A model generated the notes under the pieces. It saw only the letters and a program-made list of their open reading frames with translations, did not search any database and had not been told where the DNA came from. From Bacteroidota bacterium (GTDB lineage: Bacteria > Bacteroidota > Ignavibacteria > Kapaibacteriales > Kapaibacteriaceae): 64,000 nucleotides of DNA. Shown in pieces: positions 26,553 through 36,621 of the stretch (position 1 is its first letter; each line of letters opens with the position of its first letter). The stretch is from NCBI GenBank assembly GCA_041170435.1, contig JBEAYU010000088.1, positions 143 through 64,142 on the forward strand, written 5' to 3'. The position numbers and the translations under genes are program-made.

Positions 26553-28100
26553 CTATCGGGTTCCGCCGCGGAGGATCTTCGATAGCTTCACGACTGCGAC
26601 GCCGAGGCCAACACGACGCGTCGGCGGATCTGCGCCCGCAAAGAACACGTGATCGCCACCGACAACCATCCCAGCAGAGCCCCCTCCATCAAGATTGAGA
26701 GCCTCACGGCATCCTAACAGGCCCATGATCTGCGCCATCTGCTGGAGTGTGGCTCCAACGGTGCGCTGCTCGGGTCGATCGGCCGGCACAGCCACGAGCA
26801 TGAGCTTGGTTCCCGCCGAATCCGCACCGATGGCGCATCGGGCAAGTGCATGGGAGATGAAACGCTGGCCGGTGCTACCCTCGATGAGGGCCTCGTGCTT
26901 GGCCACACCACGACGCACAAGTCTGGGAGTACCACAGAGTGCATTCATGAAGGGTGTCTGCGAAGCGATGTTCGTGGTATAGTGGATGCGCACCGTATCG
27001 CCAATGCTTGGAACCTGTGCACCGGCAAAGGTTGAGCGTGGCACGGAGATCACCGCACCACGGATGGGCATGGTGACCGTTCCAGTGTCGGCACTGAGGA
27101 CTTCACACGGGAGCGGAACGTTCACGCTCGGCGATCGAAGATACCGTACTCGGATCTTGAGCATCGGGTACTCGGCATCTCGTTCCCTCCGCGCACGAGC
27201 GATCTCCTGTCGAAGCACATCCTGGGTCAGCGCTGCCTCTGTTGAGTCTTGTTCGATGAATACCGTGTCCTTCATCGCCTCCTGAAAGGCTCTCTCGATC
27301 TGCTTGGGACTGACGTATGGCACGGTATTACCGGCGTACTCGTTGTACACAACCACGCCCTGGTCATCACGATGATTGACCGTGGAGATCTGCACCTGCC
27401 GCCCTTCAAAGCTCACGGTCCCACTGATGGAAAACGTGTCGATCATCATGCCGTTTCGGACATCGAAGAATGCGCTCGACCACTTCTTGTAACTATTCAT
27501 CTCGACGACCTCGCCATCGATCACGCAGGGTCCAATGAGCGTATTGCGCACGGCACGCCAGAAGTTACCGTTGACCAGTCCAAAGACCGTGTGTCGGGAG
27601 GTAGACGAGAATCGCTGCGCCATTTCTCCAAGGCGCTCCAGTCCGAAGGTATGATCTTCGGCCTTGACAAGCCGCAATGCATTGCCGGGGATCGATCGGT
27701 CCAACATCAGTGCATGCACGACGATCGGCGTCTTACCATTCGTGCGATACTCGACGTAGCGAGCCCCCTGACCGAGGGCCGAGTCTTTGACAAGGGTGAG
27801 CGAGGTTATGGCAAAGGGGCGTGCGCGACGCGATCGGCGCACACGGCGTCGTTTACTACTGCCGGCCTTGGTGGCACGTCGCACTGTGGACGGCTTCCCG
27901 GCCTTTCGTACGCGCGCAGAACCCTGTTTCCGATGCGTACCGGTGCTGGACCGCACACCCTGGCGGGGCTTTTGACCAGCGCGCTTGGCCTTCTGAGCAG
28001 CGGCGGCCTCGAGTCCCAGGATCCCGAACTCCAATACCATGCACAGCATCAGGAGGATGCGACACCATGCGGGAAGGGAGCGAGTCGGGAGTCGAAGCAT
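26553..28100 (-). CDS. phosphodiester glycosidase family protein (DUF2233) with polybasic linker
   Basis: The C-terminal ALNLDGGGSAGMVVGG motif is present. The N-terminus is a signal anchor followed by a roughly 70-aa Lys/Arg-rich tract. I chose the start at MLRLPTRSL (ATG 28100). Confidence 0.7.
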   Translation of the reverse strand: MLRLPTRSLPAWCRILLMLCMVLEFGILGLEAAAAQKAKRAGQKPRQGVRSSTGTHRKQGSARVRKAGKPSTVRRATKAGSSKRRRVRRSRRARPFAITSLTLVKDSALGQGARYVEYRTNGKTPIVVHALMLDRSIPGNALRLVKAEDHTFGLERLGEMAQRFSSTSRHTVFGLVNGNFWRAVRNTLIGPCVIDGEVVEMNSYKKWSSAFFDVRNGMMIDTFSISGTVSFEGRQVQISTVNHRDDQGVVVYNEYAGNTVPYVSPKQIERAFQEAMKDTVFIEQDSTEAALTQDVLRQEIARARRERDAEYPMLKIRVRYLRSPSVNVPLPCEVLSADTGTVTMPIRGAVISVPRSTFAGAQVPSIGDTVRIHYTTNIASQTPFMNALCGTPRLVRRGVAKHEALIEGSTGQRFISHALARCAIGADSAGTKLMLVAVPADRPEQRTVGATLQQMAQIMGLLGCREALNLDGGGSAGMVVGGDHVFFAGADPPTRRVGLGVAVVKLSKILRGGTR

Positions 28101-28191
28101 AGCAGGGAAAGTTAGGGCACCGAACCAAGGAAAGAGTGCGTAGTTATTCACATGCACCAGCTGCGCCGGGAAAGATGGGATGCGGACATCG

Positions 28192-28199
28192 TAGTTTCG
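28192..28199 (+). promoter_or_regulatory. candidate -7 box variant (TCGTAGTTTCG) 4 nt from the ATG
   Basis: TAGTTTCG, then cgac, then the ATG at 28204. Confidence 0.3.
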
Positions 28200-28203
28200 C
28201 GAC

Positions 28204-28986
28204 ATGATCAACGACACGATTCAACTCGCGCAGAACGATGGCGTCGCAACCATCACGCTGAACCGTCCGGACAAACTCAACGCACTCAATGCCGATTTGT
28301 TGGACGCTCTGGAACACACACTTCGCAGTGTGCAGGCCGACGTGTCAACACGCGTCGTGGTGATCACCGGAGCCGGCAGCAAGGCCTTTGCTGCCGGAGC
28401 TGACATCGCGCAGCTGCACACGCAGGATGCCTACACGGGACGACTCTTTGCCGAGCGGGGTCAGCGGGTGTTTTCTCTCATCGAGCGTCTCGGCAAGCCC
28501 GTCATTGCTGCGGTCAACGGCTTTGCGCTTGGAGGCGGCTGCGAGCTGGCGATGGCCTGTCACATGCGGTTTGCATCTGTCAGCGCACGCTTTGGACAGC
28601 CTGAGATCAACCTCGGGATCATTCCCGGCTACGGAGGCACGCAGCGACTGCCGCGTCTGGTCGGCATGGCCAAGGCCCTTGAGCTGATTCTCTCCGGTGA
28701 AATGCTCGGAGCAGACGACGCATTGCGCCTAGGTCTTGTCAACCGTGTGTACCAGGCAGAGGAACTCATGGGATCGACCCTGACCTTTGCGGCTGCCCTT
28801 GCAGCAAAGGCGCCTCTTGCATTGACTGCCTGCCTCGAGGCAACGCTTGCCGCCGGAGATACGTCACCACTGGAAGGCATGCACATTGAGGCAAGTATCT
28901 TCGGTCGGACGTGTGGAACCGAAGACTTCAAAGAAGGAACATCGGCCTTCCTCGCCAAGCGTCCGGCGGACTTCGTCGGGCGGTAG
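28204..28986 (+). CDS. enoyl-CoA hydratase (crotonase)
   Basis: 260 aa. It has GAGSKAFAAGADIAQL and AVNGFALGGGCELAMACHMRFAS...FGQPEINLGIIPGYGGTQRL. Confidence 0.9.
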   Translation: MINDTIQLAQNDGVATITLNRPDKLNALNADLLDALEHTLRSVQADVSTRVVVITGAGSKAFAAGADIAQLHTQDAYTGRLFAERGQRVFSLIERLGKPVIAAVNGFALGGGCELAMACHMRFASVSARFGQPEINLGIIPGYGGTQRLPRLVGMAKALELILSGEMLGADDALRLGLVNRVYQAEELMGSTLTFAAALAAKAPLALTACLEATLAAGDTSPLEGMHIEASIFGRTCGTEDFKEGTSAFLAKRPADFVGR

Positions 28987-28996
28987 GAACGTGTCC

Positions 28997-30262
28997 ATGG
29001 GGCCCCTGTTCATAGCCCTGTACCGGGGTCTGATCACTCCGGCGATGGCAACGGGGCTTGCACTGCTCGCCCCCTTTCATGCAAAGCTTGCGCGACGAAG
29101 ACGCCACGAGGCAAGCTCTTGGAGTGACGCCAAGAAAAGTTTGGCGACTGATTCTCGACCTCGAGTGTGGTTCCATGCAGCGTCCATGGGCGAGCTCGAG
29201 CAGCTCCTGCCGCTGATCGAAGATCTTCACCGACTCGCACCGGACATCTGCATTGTCACAACCTGCACCTCCCCTTCCGGTCGCGACCATGCGCTGCGTC
29301 AATCACCGATCGATCATGCTCTGTATCTGCCGGTGGATCGGTATCGTGCAATGCAAGAGTTCATCGATGTCGTCAACCCGCGTGTGGTCGTCATCGACCG
29401 ATATGACCTGTGGCCAATGATGATCAGCGTACTAAAGAGGCGAGGCGTGATGATGAAGCTCATCAATGCGACCATGCCCACCGCCGCACGCTCACCAATG
29501 TTAAGGGGCTTCTTCAAGAGGCTCTATGGAATGCTGGATTCCATAACTGCCGTGACGGAGGCTGATGCGCAGCAGCTTACGACGCTCCTGGGACGACCGA
29601 TCGAGTGGTTGCCCGATACGCGTCTCGATCGTGTTGAGCGAAAGCGGCGGACACTGATGCACGACACATCAATCCTACCGGCATGGCAAGGGCGCACGCT
29701 CGTGCTGGGCAGCACGTGGCCACACGACGAAGATCTGGTCTTGGATGCATGGACCTCGACACCGGAAGAGGAATGGCGATTGGTGATCGTTCCCCATGAG
29801 CCAACCGAGGAGGCGCTTTCAAGAATCGAAGCACGCATACCGTGCGTGCGACACTCTGCTGTGCCGCATGTGGGACACGCTTCCGATCACCGCCACATAC
29901 TTGTCGATAGCGTTGGCAAGCTCTTGCAGATCTACGCATCGGCAGATGCGGCCTACGTTGGAGGGGGCTTTGGAGCGGGCGTCCACTCCTTGGCTGAGCC
30001 AGCTGGATATGGAATGCCGATCGCATGCGGACCCGGCATTGAGCGATCACGCGATGCCGATGGATTGACGCGTCATGACGCGTTGGCGGTCATCCGCACG
30101 GCTGAGGAAGCACGTCGTTGGATTGCGCAGATCAGGAATGAGGACTTCCGTCTGAGATCACGGCAGCACTGTTATGAATTCGTTGAACGCAATACCGGCT
30201 CCAGCGATATCCATCTCGCCTGGTTACTGGATCAACTCCATATAGGCACGATCAACGGCTGA
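28997..30262 (+). CDS. waaA: 3-deoxy-D-manno-octulosonic acid (Kdo) transferase
   Basis: From MGPLFIALYRGL. VWFHAASMGELEQLLPLIEDL is the KdtA signature. The 50-aa upstream extension overlaps the crotonase and is discarded. Confidence 0.85.
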   Translation: MGPLFIALYRGLITPAMATGLALLAPFHAKLARRRRHEASSWSDAKKSLATDSRPRVWFHAASMGELEQLLPLIEDLHRLAPDICIVTTCTSPSGRDHALRQSPIDHALYLPVDRYRAMQEFIDVVNPRVVVIDRYDLWPMMISVLKRRGVMMKLINATMPTAARSPMLRGFFKRLYGMLDSITAVTEADAQQLTTLLGRPIEWLPDTRLDRVERKRRTLMHDTSILPAWQGRTLVLGSTWPHDEDLVLDAWTSTPEEEWRLVIVPHEPTEEALSRIEARIPCVRHSAVPHVGHASDHRHILVDSVGKLLQIYASADAAYVGGGFGAGVHSLAEPAGYGMPIACGPGIERSRDADGLTRHDALAVIRTAEEARRWIAQIRNEDFRLRSRQHCYEFVERNTGSSDIHLAWLLDQLHIGTING

Positions 30263-31778
30263 TCTGCACCAGGACAGTGCCGCGCACTTCATCGGAATGG
30301 ACCTTTACCAGGTAGGTTCCTTGTGGCCAGGTTGACGTGTCAACGTCAGCCTCGCCCCCTTCGATGACCGACGAGTGGACGACACGTCCTGATAGATCAC
30401 TGACATCCAGTCGGCAAGCTAGACAGTCGGCCGTCACAAGCCGCAGACGATCATCGGCCCATCGGGCTTGAATCGTGCTTCCGTGTGAGGCCTCACGCAC
30501 AGAAGCTGGCACCGACGGAGGCGTGAACTTCAGAATGCATTGTTTGCCTTCATCGAGCGAAAGATAGATGCAGCCGTCTTGCGAGAGCGCAATGCCGACC
30601 GGTCGTGCCCAACGCGAGGCCTGGTTGCTGGTGTCTCGAATGAATCCTGTACAGAAATCCTCGATGCTGTTTGCGATCGTATCCGCATCGGAATCGAAAC
30701 GCAGGAAGACCAGCTTTGCACCGCTCGGCGGATTGCGGTTCCACGAACCGCGCATGACCATAAAGAGGCCATGCTCGTACGAGTTGCCGAAACCGGTAGG
30801 TGTGAACTCAAGAGCCATGGGGGCACAGTGGGCATCGACGAGGGCGGCAGGGGGCACCATGGAGCGCACGCGAACCGAGTCAGCTGGCGTGATTGGAAGA
30901 AGATCGGCGTAGTCACCACCAAAGTTGAAGTATCGTTGGTAGTGATATGCATACGGATACCCGTAGAAACCGCCATCGCGCACAATGTCGACCCATTCTG
31001 GTGGAATGTCATTGCCTTGGAGGTCACTGCCATTGTTGTTCGCCCACAAGCGTCCGGTACGGGGATGAAGGGTCATGCCAACACTGTTTCGGGCACCCAG
31101 GGCAAAGACACGCCTACCTGACCCATCGTAGTTGTATTCTTCAATCAGGGCGCGCTCAGGTTCTCGATCGGCATTTCCGCGTGACCCGACGCTGAAGTAG
31201 ATCTTTCGTCGAACGGTGTCGACAACGACAGTTCTCGTGCGATGATTGCCGCCCATCTGATTGGCCTGGGATGCCTTGTCGATGACGGTTTGCCGCTGAT
31301 CGTACACAAGCGTGTTTGCATCACTGCGCCAGAGCCGAATGAGTGAAGCCTCTTGCGCCACATACATTGTATCACGAACGAATCGCACGTCATGACCGTA
31401 CGAAAAGCCCCGTGCTGCAATGATCACTGTATCGGCAACTCCATCACGATCACGATCCGGTAAAGCCAGCACATTGTTGCCGTTCATGTTGGCCACGAAG
31501 AGTGTCGAGTCGGGCCCCCACGCCATGAAACGCGCTTTGTTTAGCCCCGTGACAGCAAACACGTTCACCGTCCAACCCTTTGGCACAAAGAGCGGATTGA
31601 GCAAAGGGTCGAACACCAACGAGGAGAACTTTGGTGCTACAGTGACGCTAACTCTGTCGACCGAACGTGAGCTGACCTTTGGAGTCCATGGAATGGTACC
31701 CGGCTCCTGGGCAAGGCACAGGCTTGAGACCACGACAAGAAACATCAAGACAAGTTGACTGTGGCGTTTACGAAGCAT
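30252..31778 (-). CDS. PQQ-dependent sugar dehydrogenase-like beta-propeller protein with T9SS C-terminal domain
   Basis: It has a signal peptide and sorbosone/aldose dehydrogenase-like blocks (GHDVRF, GGNHRTRT, LWANNNGSD, GGFYGYPY). The C-terminus GTYLVKVHSDEVRGTVLVQISR is a T9SS tail. Confidence 0.7.
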   Translation of the reverse strand: MLRKRHSQLVLMFLVVVSSLCLAQEPGTIPWTPKVSSRSVDRVSVTVAPKFSSLVFDPLLNPLFVPKGWTVNVFAVTGLNKARFMAWGPDSTLFVANMNGNNVLALPDRDRDGVADTVIIAARGFSYGHDVRFVRDTMYVAQEASLIRLWRSDANTLVYDQRQTVIDKASQANQMGGNHRTRTVVVDTVRRKIYFSVGSRGNADREPERALIEEYNYDGSGRRVFALGARNSVGMTLHPRTGRLWANNNGSDLQGNDIPPEWVDIVRDGGFYGYPYAYHYQRYFNFGGDYADLLPITPADSVRVRSMVPPAALVDAHCAPMALEFTPTGFGNSYEHGLFMVMRGSWNRNPPSGAKLVFLRFDSDADTIANSIEDFCTGFIRDTSNQASRWARPVGIALSQDGCIYLSLDEGKQCILKFTPPSVPASVREASHGSTIQARWADDRLRLVTADCLACRLDVSDLSGRVVHSSVIEGGEADVDTSTWPQGTYLVKVHSDEVRGTVLVQISR

Positions 31779-31810
31779 GATCGTGTCGATACGAGTGAGA
31801 GAATGCTATG

Positions 31811-31818
31811 CGAACCTA
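31811..31818 (-). promoter_or_regulatory. candidate -7 box variant (minus-strand TAGGTTCG)
   Basis: Plus-strand cgaaccta. It lies 32 nt upstream of the ATG at 31778, directly after the terminator T-tract. Confidence 0.25.
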
Positions 31819-31820
31819 TC

Positions 31821-31863
31821 ACAAAAACAAAAACACCCTCTCTCGGTTCCCCGAGAGAGGGTG
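31821..31863 (-). terminator. rho-independent terminator of the 1500-aa gene
   Basis: A 13-bp perfect stem CACCCTCTCTCGG / CCGAGAGAGGGTG (31834-31846 / 31851-31863) with a 4-nt loop. It is followed on the minus strand by TTTTTGTTTTTGT. Confidence 0.8.
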
Positions 31864-31885
31864 TTTGATGTCAATAGAAGACGCC

Positions 31886-34800
31886 TTACTTCACGATCGT
31901 CAGTGACTGCGGCTCGCTTGTGAACGGACCGGAGATGACCTGATAGTAGTACGTACCTGCTGGAAGCATGCTGGCATCGACGGTGAGGTCATATGTGCCC
32001 ACTTCAAGCTTAGAATCAACCAGCGTGGCAACCTTTTCGCCCATGGCATTGAAGAGATCAATGCGCGTTGGTGCGGCGATACCAACACCGTAGGTGATCA
32101 CGCCTGTGTTGACCACTGGGTTCGGGCGAACAGGCTGTACACCAAAGCGCGTATTGCTCACACCAACAAGGCGGCGAACATTGGCGCATGGCAGAGTCAA
32201 GGTGATCTTTCCTGGAATATCGCGGAAGAGAACATAGCGCTCGTCGTTTCCTGAGCGATCATGATCGTTCCAGTAGGTATACACGCTGACTGGCGTCGAG
32301 AACGTTCCTGTCTTAGACTGATTCAGGAAGACGTCGAACTTGACCTTGAATGCGGCCATGTCGATGTTACGTAGTGGCGACTTCGTTGCACGCTGGTCAG
32401 CAAGGTCGATCTCGATCGAATTGAAATCATCCGAAGGCTTGCCAAACGGAACTGGATCGTTCACGACAGTCCAGCCTTCCATTTGCGTACCGGCCAGAAT
32501 GATATCACCCTTGTTTGCACGTGGCTTGACGATACGTGGGTCGTACGACAGACGCACACGCAGCTCAGTGATATCAGCCTTGTCGAGAGACTCAGGATCT
32601 GCCTGAAGTTCGACAGCGACATCGACCGATCCGCCCGGGGCGGCTGAGTAGTTGTCGGCAATCTTGTTCGTCGTCTCGAGATAGAGACCGTTGCCGGACA
32701 CAGGAGCTTCCTTTTCAATCTTCGTCAGCTCGTCTGTGATCTTCAGCGTCCCGACGAAAGCATCACTACGGGAGATCAGCTGTTGAGCTGCTGCCTTTGG
32801 AGTGCCCAGGTCGCGCTGGCCGTTTGCAACGATTGTCACGAGATCAGGAGAGAAACGAACCTCAATCACACCAGTCTCACCAGGTGCAACATCAAGGTAA
32901 TAAGCACCTGTTGCCTTGTTTGGCAGAACTGTGAACCGTGAGGCATCAGCACCGTCAATCGTTTCCGAGAAGAGGAAACGGCGCGTGACATTCTCATCGT
33001 GCTTCACTGTCACATTGATGATCGCATCCTTGTGAACATACTGAGTAGCCTGACCACCCGTTGGGTAGAAATCTCCGCCTTGAACCTGTGCCGTGATCTT
33101 GTACTGTGGCTCGTATGGAGCTTGACCGTTCGTACCAACATTGGTCTCGATGACGTATGGTGTTGAGTACGTTCCCGACAGTTGCGGATCAAAGCGCACC
33201 TGCAGTTCCGTTGGAACCTCACCTGGCTTGATCAACCATGGGCTTTGTGGCGTAGGAGCATTCAAGATCTCAAACGGTGAGTTCGGATCGAGGAGACGAA
33301 TGTTCGTAATGACCACGTTGGCCGTACCCGAGGTGTTACCAGTCGTTGGATTTGATTGATCATCCTTGCTGATGTTGGCAATTTGAATCGTCTTGACCAT
33401 CGCTGGTTCACCGCGGTTGAACTGGCCAAAGTCAAGATCTGCACCCTTTACATGCGGCTGCCATGCAGCTCCGACAAGGTCTGCTGCGATCTCCTTCTGC
33501 TCGTTCGAATTCGTCGTGAAAACAATCTCGGCCTTGTAGTCCTTTCGCTCAGCTGCACGATTCGCAAGTTCATTCGGAACGAAAGCTACCGTCACGGTGC
33601 GGCTCTGACCATCACCCTTACCAACAAGCTGGATCGGGAACGAACCGGCCGTGCCGTTATCGATAATGCGGAACGACGCTGCGTCAGCACCACGAATCGT
33701 AGGTGCATTGAAGGTGATTGGCTGATCACCGTAGTTAGAGAACGTCACAGTCTTGCGGTACTCGTTGATATTCTGACCACGCTGAACGTTGTCAATAACG
33801 CGCTCCGTCCATGGCTCCGTCACCACTGCAAGGTTGAACGTCACACCGGAACCGGTCAGGACAGCAAGATTGTCCACTTCGCGTGCATTCGAGTAGAATG
33901 GAACCGATACCGTGTGCGGAACATTTGATTCGCCCTTCGGTGAATAGCTCACCATGAACTCGTATTTGCCATTACCCGGAATCGTCATTGGGAAGGCTGA
34001 AGCGAGTGGCTTGCCGTCGAGTGTGACCGGGTTAAAGAACTTACCGGTGCCATCAAGCAACGACTCTTGGAAGCCAGTGATGATCAGATCGACACGGCTG
34101 CCATTGAGGATTTCAACCCGCTTTGGAATGCCTGGAGAGCTTGCAGGTACCGGACCCCAGTTGGCATCGCCAACATAGATCTGTGGCTCCTCACCACGGA
34201 CGCGCACTTCAGTTGTCTTTTGCGTGTAGCAATCAAGTTCTACAAGCACGGTATCGACTACCAGCGGCGCTGTCTCGATTGTGGCCGTAACCGTGATGTC
34301 GCGTGATGCGCTCGGACCGAGAGTGAATCCTCCCGGAGGGTTGACCGTGAATACTCGCGTGGCCGTTCGCACAAAGATCTTTTTGATGTTGACCGGGCGA
34401 TCCTTCGAGAGATTCGTGATCGTCATGACCTTCGCTTCAGGCGTGCGGAATGCGATGGTACCGAAGTCGATCTTGGCCGGTGTCCAAGAAATCTTGTCGG
34501 CGGTATAGGTGTAGGTCTTTTCCACATACTTGCCAGAGCGCGTGACAACGCGCACAACAGCCATAGCGTCCTTCGTCTTGTCTTCAACAATGAGCTTGAA
34601 GTTCACGATGGTGTCACCACCGACAAATTCAGGGTCTATCTCAAGACTGTAGTTGGAAAGTTCTTCCGGATACACAGCGAAGATCGATCCGCAATTGCCA
34701 CCACGCTGGATGATGCGTCCTTCTGCTTCGATATCACCGCAGACCGGCTGATCCTTGACGAACAATGAATCATCACAAGGGATGGAAAGATCGATCGAAA

Positions 34801-36388
34801 TCGGCGTTCCATAGGCACGACCCATTTGCATACCGTCGAGTGATCCGTACGTCCACGCCATCCAACGAACGGATGGGTCAGCAGACTCGAGGTAGTGGTC
34901 GCCCACACCCATACTCGCACGGACAGCCGAATATGGCGTACCCTGGATCTTGATCGCCGTGCCACCAAGAGATGAGCCGAGGTTGCGACCATCAATCTTG
35001 ATCTTGTTGATTTCATCGGTCTTGAACACAACGTTCAAGAAGTTGTCCATTCCCTCAGGTGAGGAGAACACCCCGTAATTCGTCCAACGGTCTACCGATG
35101 GAACGTATTCCATCATCGGCATGCCGGCCTCAACCGTCGGGTGACCTTGCGTCTTATCACCGGCATCCTTGCCGAATGCAGGCGGCAGAACCTTCGCATA
35201 CGACTTACCATACTGAGTGGCAAGTACTGGCTTGTCAGACTTCCAGAATGTGACAAGGCGCATTTCCGGCTCAATGAAGGACTCGCCGCGACGCAGCGTG
35301 CGCACAGGAGCCAGACCATCGCCGTTGCTACGCATCTTAAAGATCTTCGTATCGTCCTCGAGCGCGATGAAGCGAACTACATCGCCGATATCGTTTTCAA
35401 TACCGATTTCGGCACCAGTCGTTCCAATAGGATTTGCACGAACGGAGGTGTACATCGTCGGGATCGTTACGAACTCCGTGCCAGCCATTTCAACTGGAAG
35501 CTGAGCGTCATGAACATTGTTGCGGACAAAGTGTGCTTCAGCCGCGAACATTCCCGTTGGTGGCAGCACGTCAGGATAGCGCAGAATGGCCACCTTCGTG
35601 TGTCCTGAAACGACACCAAACGGCTTTGTCGAACGGACAAACGTTCCCGACATGTCCGTGTCCCATTCCTTGTTCTTGTTTTCGTCGATCTTGCCGCGAA
35701 TCAGGAACGTTTCGCCCTTTTCAAGCGTAACCGTTGCCGTCTGACCCTTACGGACCGGAGGAACCTCCATGCCACCCTCCGTGTCCCACGTCGGGGTGTA
35801 GGAGATGACCGTGTTATCGCGAGCAGCAATGATCAAGATCTGTGACGGACGATACTTGTATCCAGAGTTGTTGCCGTAGCGGTCCTGATACATGTTCGCC
35901 GTGTAGTATGCGCGCCCCCATGCTTCAACGGGAAGATGACGAGCAAGTTCGCCATTACCCATCCAAGCCTGGAACGTCGAAACCGAGATCGGCAGATTGG
36001 CCTCAACGGTAATACCATAGCCAGTCTTCGTTTCCGAAACGTTCGGCATGTAGCTTTCCGCGATCGGAATCTTCAAAACCTTGTTGGCCTCAACGGTATA
36101 CTCCCGGTCCAACCGGGCGTTATCGTTGATCAAGGCCGGCGTGCGCACGCGAACCTTTGTTCTCTGCTTGGCAGAGATGAACAGCTGCATGGCAGGCTTG
36201 AGAGCCTTTTCCGATGTACTGGCCCAGACTTGCGGGAACCCGACAACGTAGTTGCGTCCCTCGGTCAGAACCATCGTTCCACGGCGCTCAGACGATTTTA
36301 CGTCAGAGGCGACAGCAGTGGAGAACCCAGCCAGCGTCAACAATACGCTTGCCAGTACCCCGCAGAACATGTTGGAAAGAAGTCGCAT
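31886..36388 (-). CDS. giant secreted surface protein A (IgGFc-binding-like head, Ig-like repeats, cohesin-like module, T9SS C-terminal domain)
   Basis: I set the start at MRLLSNMFCGVLASVLLTLAGFSTAVASD (ATG 36388). It is preceded by AGGAG-N7 (36396-36400). Repeats look like IDFGTIAFRTPEAKVMTITNLSKDRPV. The C-terminus is GTYYYQVISGPFTSEPQSLTIVK. Confidence 0.85.
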   Translation of the reverse strand: MRLLSNMFCGVLASVLLTLAGFSTAVASDVKSSERRGTMVLTEGRNYVVGFPQVWASTSEKALKPAMQLFISAKQRTKVRVRTPALINDNARLDREYTVEANKVLKIPIAESYMPNVSETKTGYGITVEANLPISVSTFQAWMGNGELARHLPVEAWGRAYYTANMYQDRYGNNSGYKYRPSQILIIAARDNTVISYTPTWDTEGGMEVPPVRKGQTATVTLEKGETFLIRGKIDENKNKEWDTDMSGTFVRSTKPFGVVSGHTKVAILRYPDVLPPTGMFAAEAHFVRNNVHDAQLPVEMAGTEFVTIPTMYTSVRANPIGTTGAEIGIENDIGDVVRFIALEDDTKIFKMRSNGDGLAPVRTLRRGESFIEPEMRLVTFWKSDKPVLATQYGKSYAKVLPPAFGKDAGDKTQGHPTVEAGMPMMEYVPSVDRWTNYGVFSSPEGMDNFLNVVFKTDEINKIKIDGRNLGSSLGGTAIKIQGTPYSAVRASMGVGDHYLESADPSVRWMAWTYGSLDGMQMGRAYGTPISIDLSIPCDDSLFVKDQPVCGDIEAEGRIIQRGGNCGSIFAVYPEELSNYSLEIDPEFVGGDTIVNFKLIVEDKTKDAMAVVRVVTRSGKYVEKTYTYTADKISWTPAKIDFGTIAFRTPEAKVMTITNLSKDRPVNIKKIFVRTATRVFTVNPPGGFTLGPSASRDITVTATIETAPLVVDTVLVELDCYTQKTTEVRVRGEEPQIYVGDANWGPVPASSPGIPKRVEILNGSRVDLIITGFQESLLDGTGKFFNPVTLDGKPLASAFPMTIPGNGKYEFMVSYSPKGESNVPHTVSVPFYSNAREVDNLAVLTGSGVTFNLAVVTEPWTERVIDNVQRGQNINEYRKTVTFSNYGDQPITFNAPTIRGADAASFRIIDNGTAGSFPIQLVGKGDGQSRTVTVAFVPNELANRAAERKDYKAEIVFTTNSNEQKEIAADLVGAAWQPHVKGADLDFGQFNRGEPAMVKTIQIANISKDDQSNPTTGNTSGTANVVITNIRLLDPNSPFEILNAPTPQSPWLIKPGEVPTELQVRFDPQLSGTYSTPYVIETNVGTNGQAPYEPQYKITAQVQGGDFYPTGGQATQYVHKDAIINVTVKHDENVTRRFLFSETIDGADASRFTVLPNKATGAYYLDVAPGETGVIEVRFSPDLVTIVANGQRDLGTPKAAAQQLISRSDAFVGTLKITDELTKIEKEAPVSGNGLYLETTNKIADNYSAAPGGSVDVAVELQADPESLDKADITELRVRLSYDPRIVKPRANKGDIILAGTQMEGWTVVNDPVPFGKPSDDFNSIEIDLADQRATKSPLRNIDMAAFKVKFDVFLNQSKTGTFSTPVSVYTYWNDHDRSGNDERYVLFRDIPGKITLTLPCANVRRLVGVSNTRFGVQPVRPNPVVNTGVITYGVGIAAPTRIDLFNAMGEKVATLVDSKLEVGTYDLTVDASMLPAGTYYYQVISGPFTSEPQSLTIVK

Positions 36389-36621
36389 GGACTTTCTCCT
36401 AAAAAATGAAGTAGGAAGGTTGGTAGTTTTCAAACATCATTCGTTACCACGCGCAGAACTGCGGGTACGAAGCCATAAAATAGCCGATTCTTCACGATTT
36501 CCAAGTTGCAAATGTGCAGAATTATGCACGTCTACGTCTTGGTCATCTGCCGTCCATTGGTCGTCAACCCCAGATAAACAGGTCGGACGGTAAAACGTTA
36601 CATTGATTCAGAGCCAAAAGT

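Noticed and set aside
36389-36621. Promoter assignment for giant gene A in the AT-rich 233-nt spacer. The candidates are CACATTTG, TAATTCTG and GATGTTTG.
   Set aside because: There are several one-mismatch candidates and no exact TAnnTTTG. I could not choose among them from sequence alone. Only the AGGAG ribosome-binding site at 36396-36400 is reported, within the CDS evidence.
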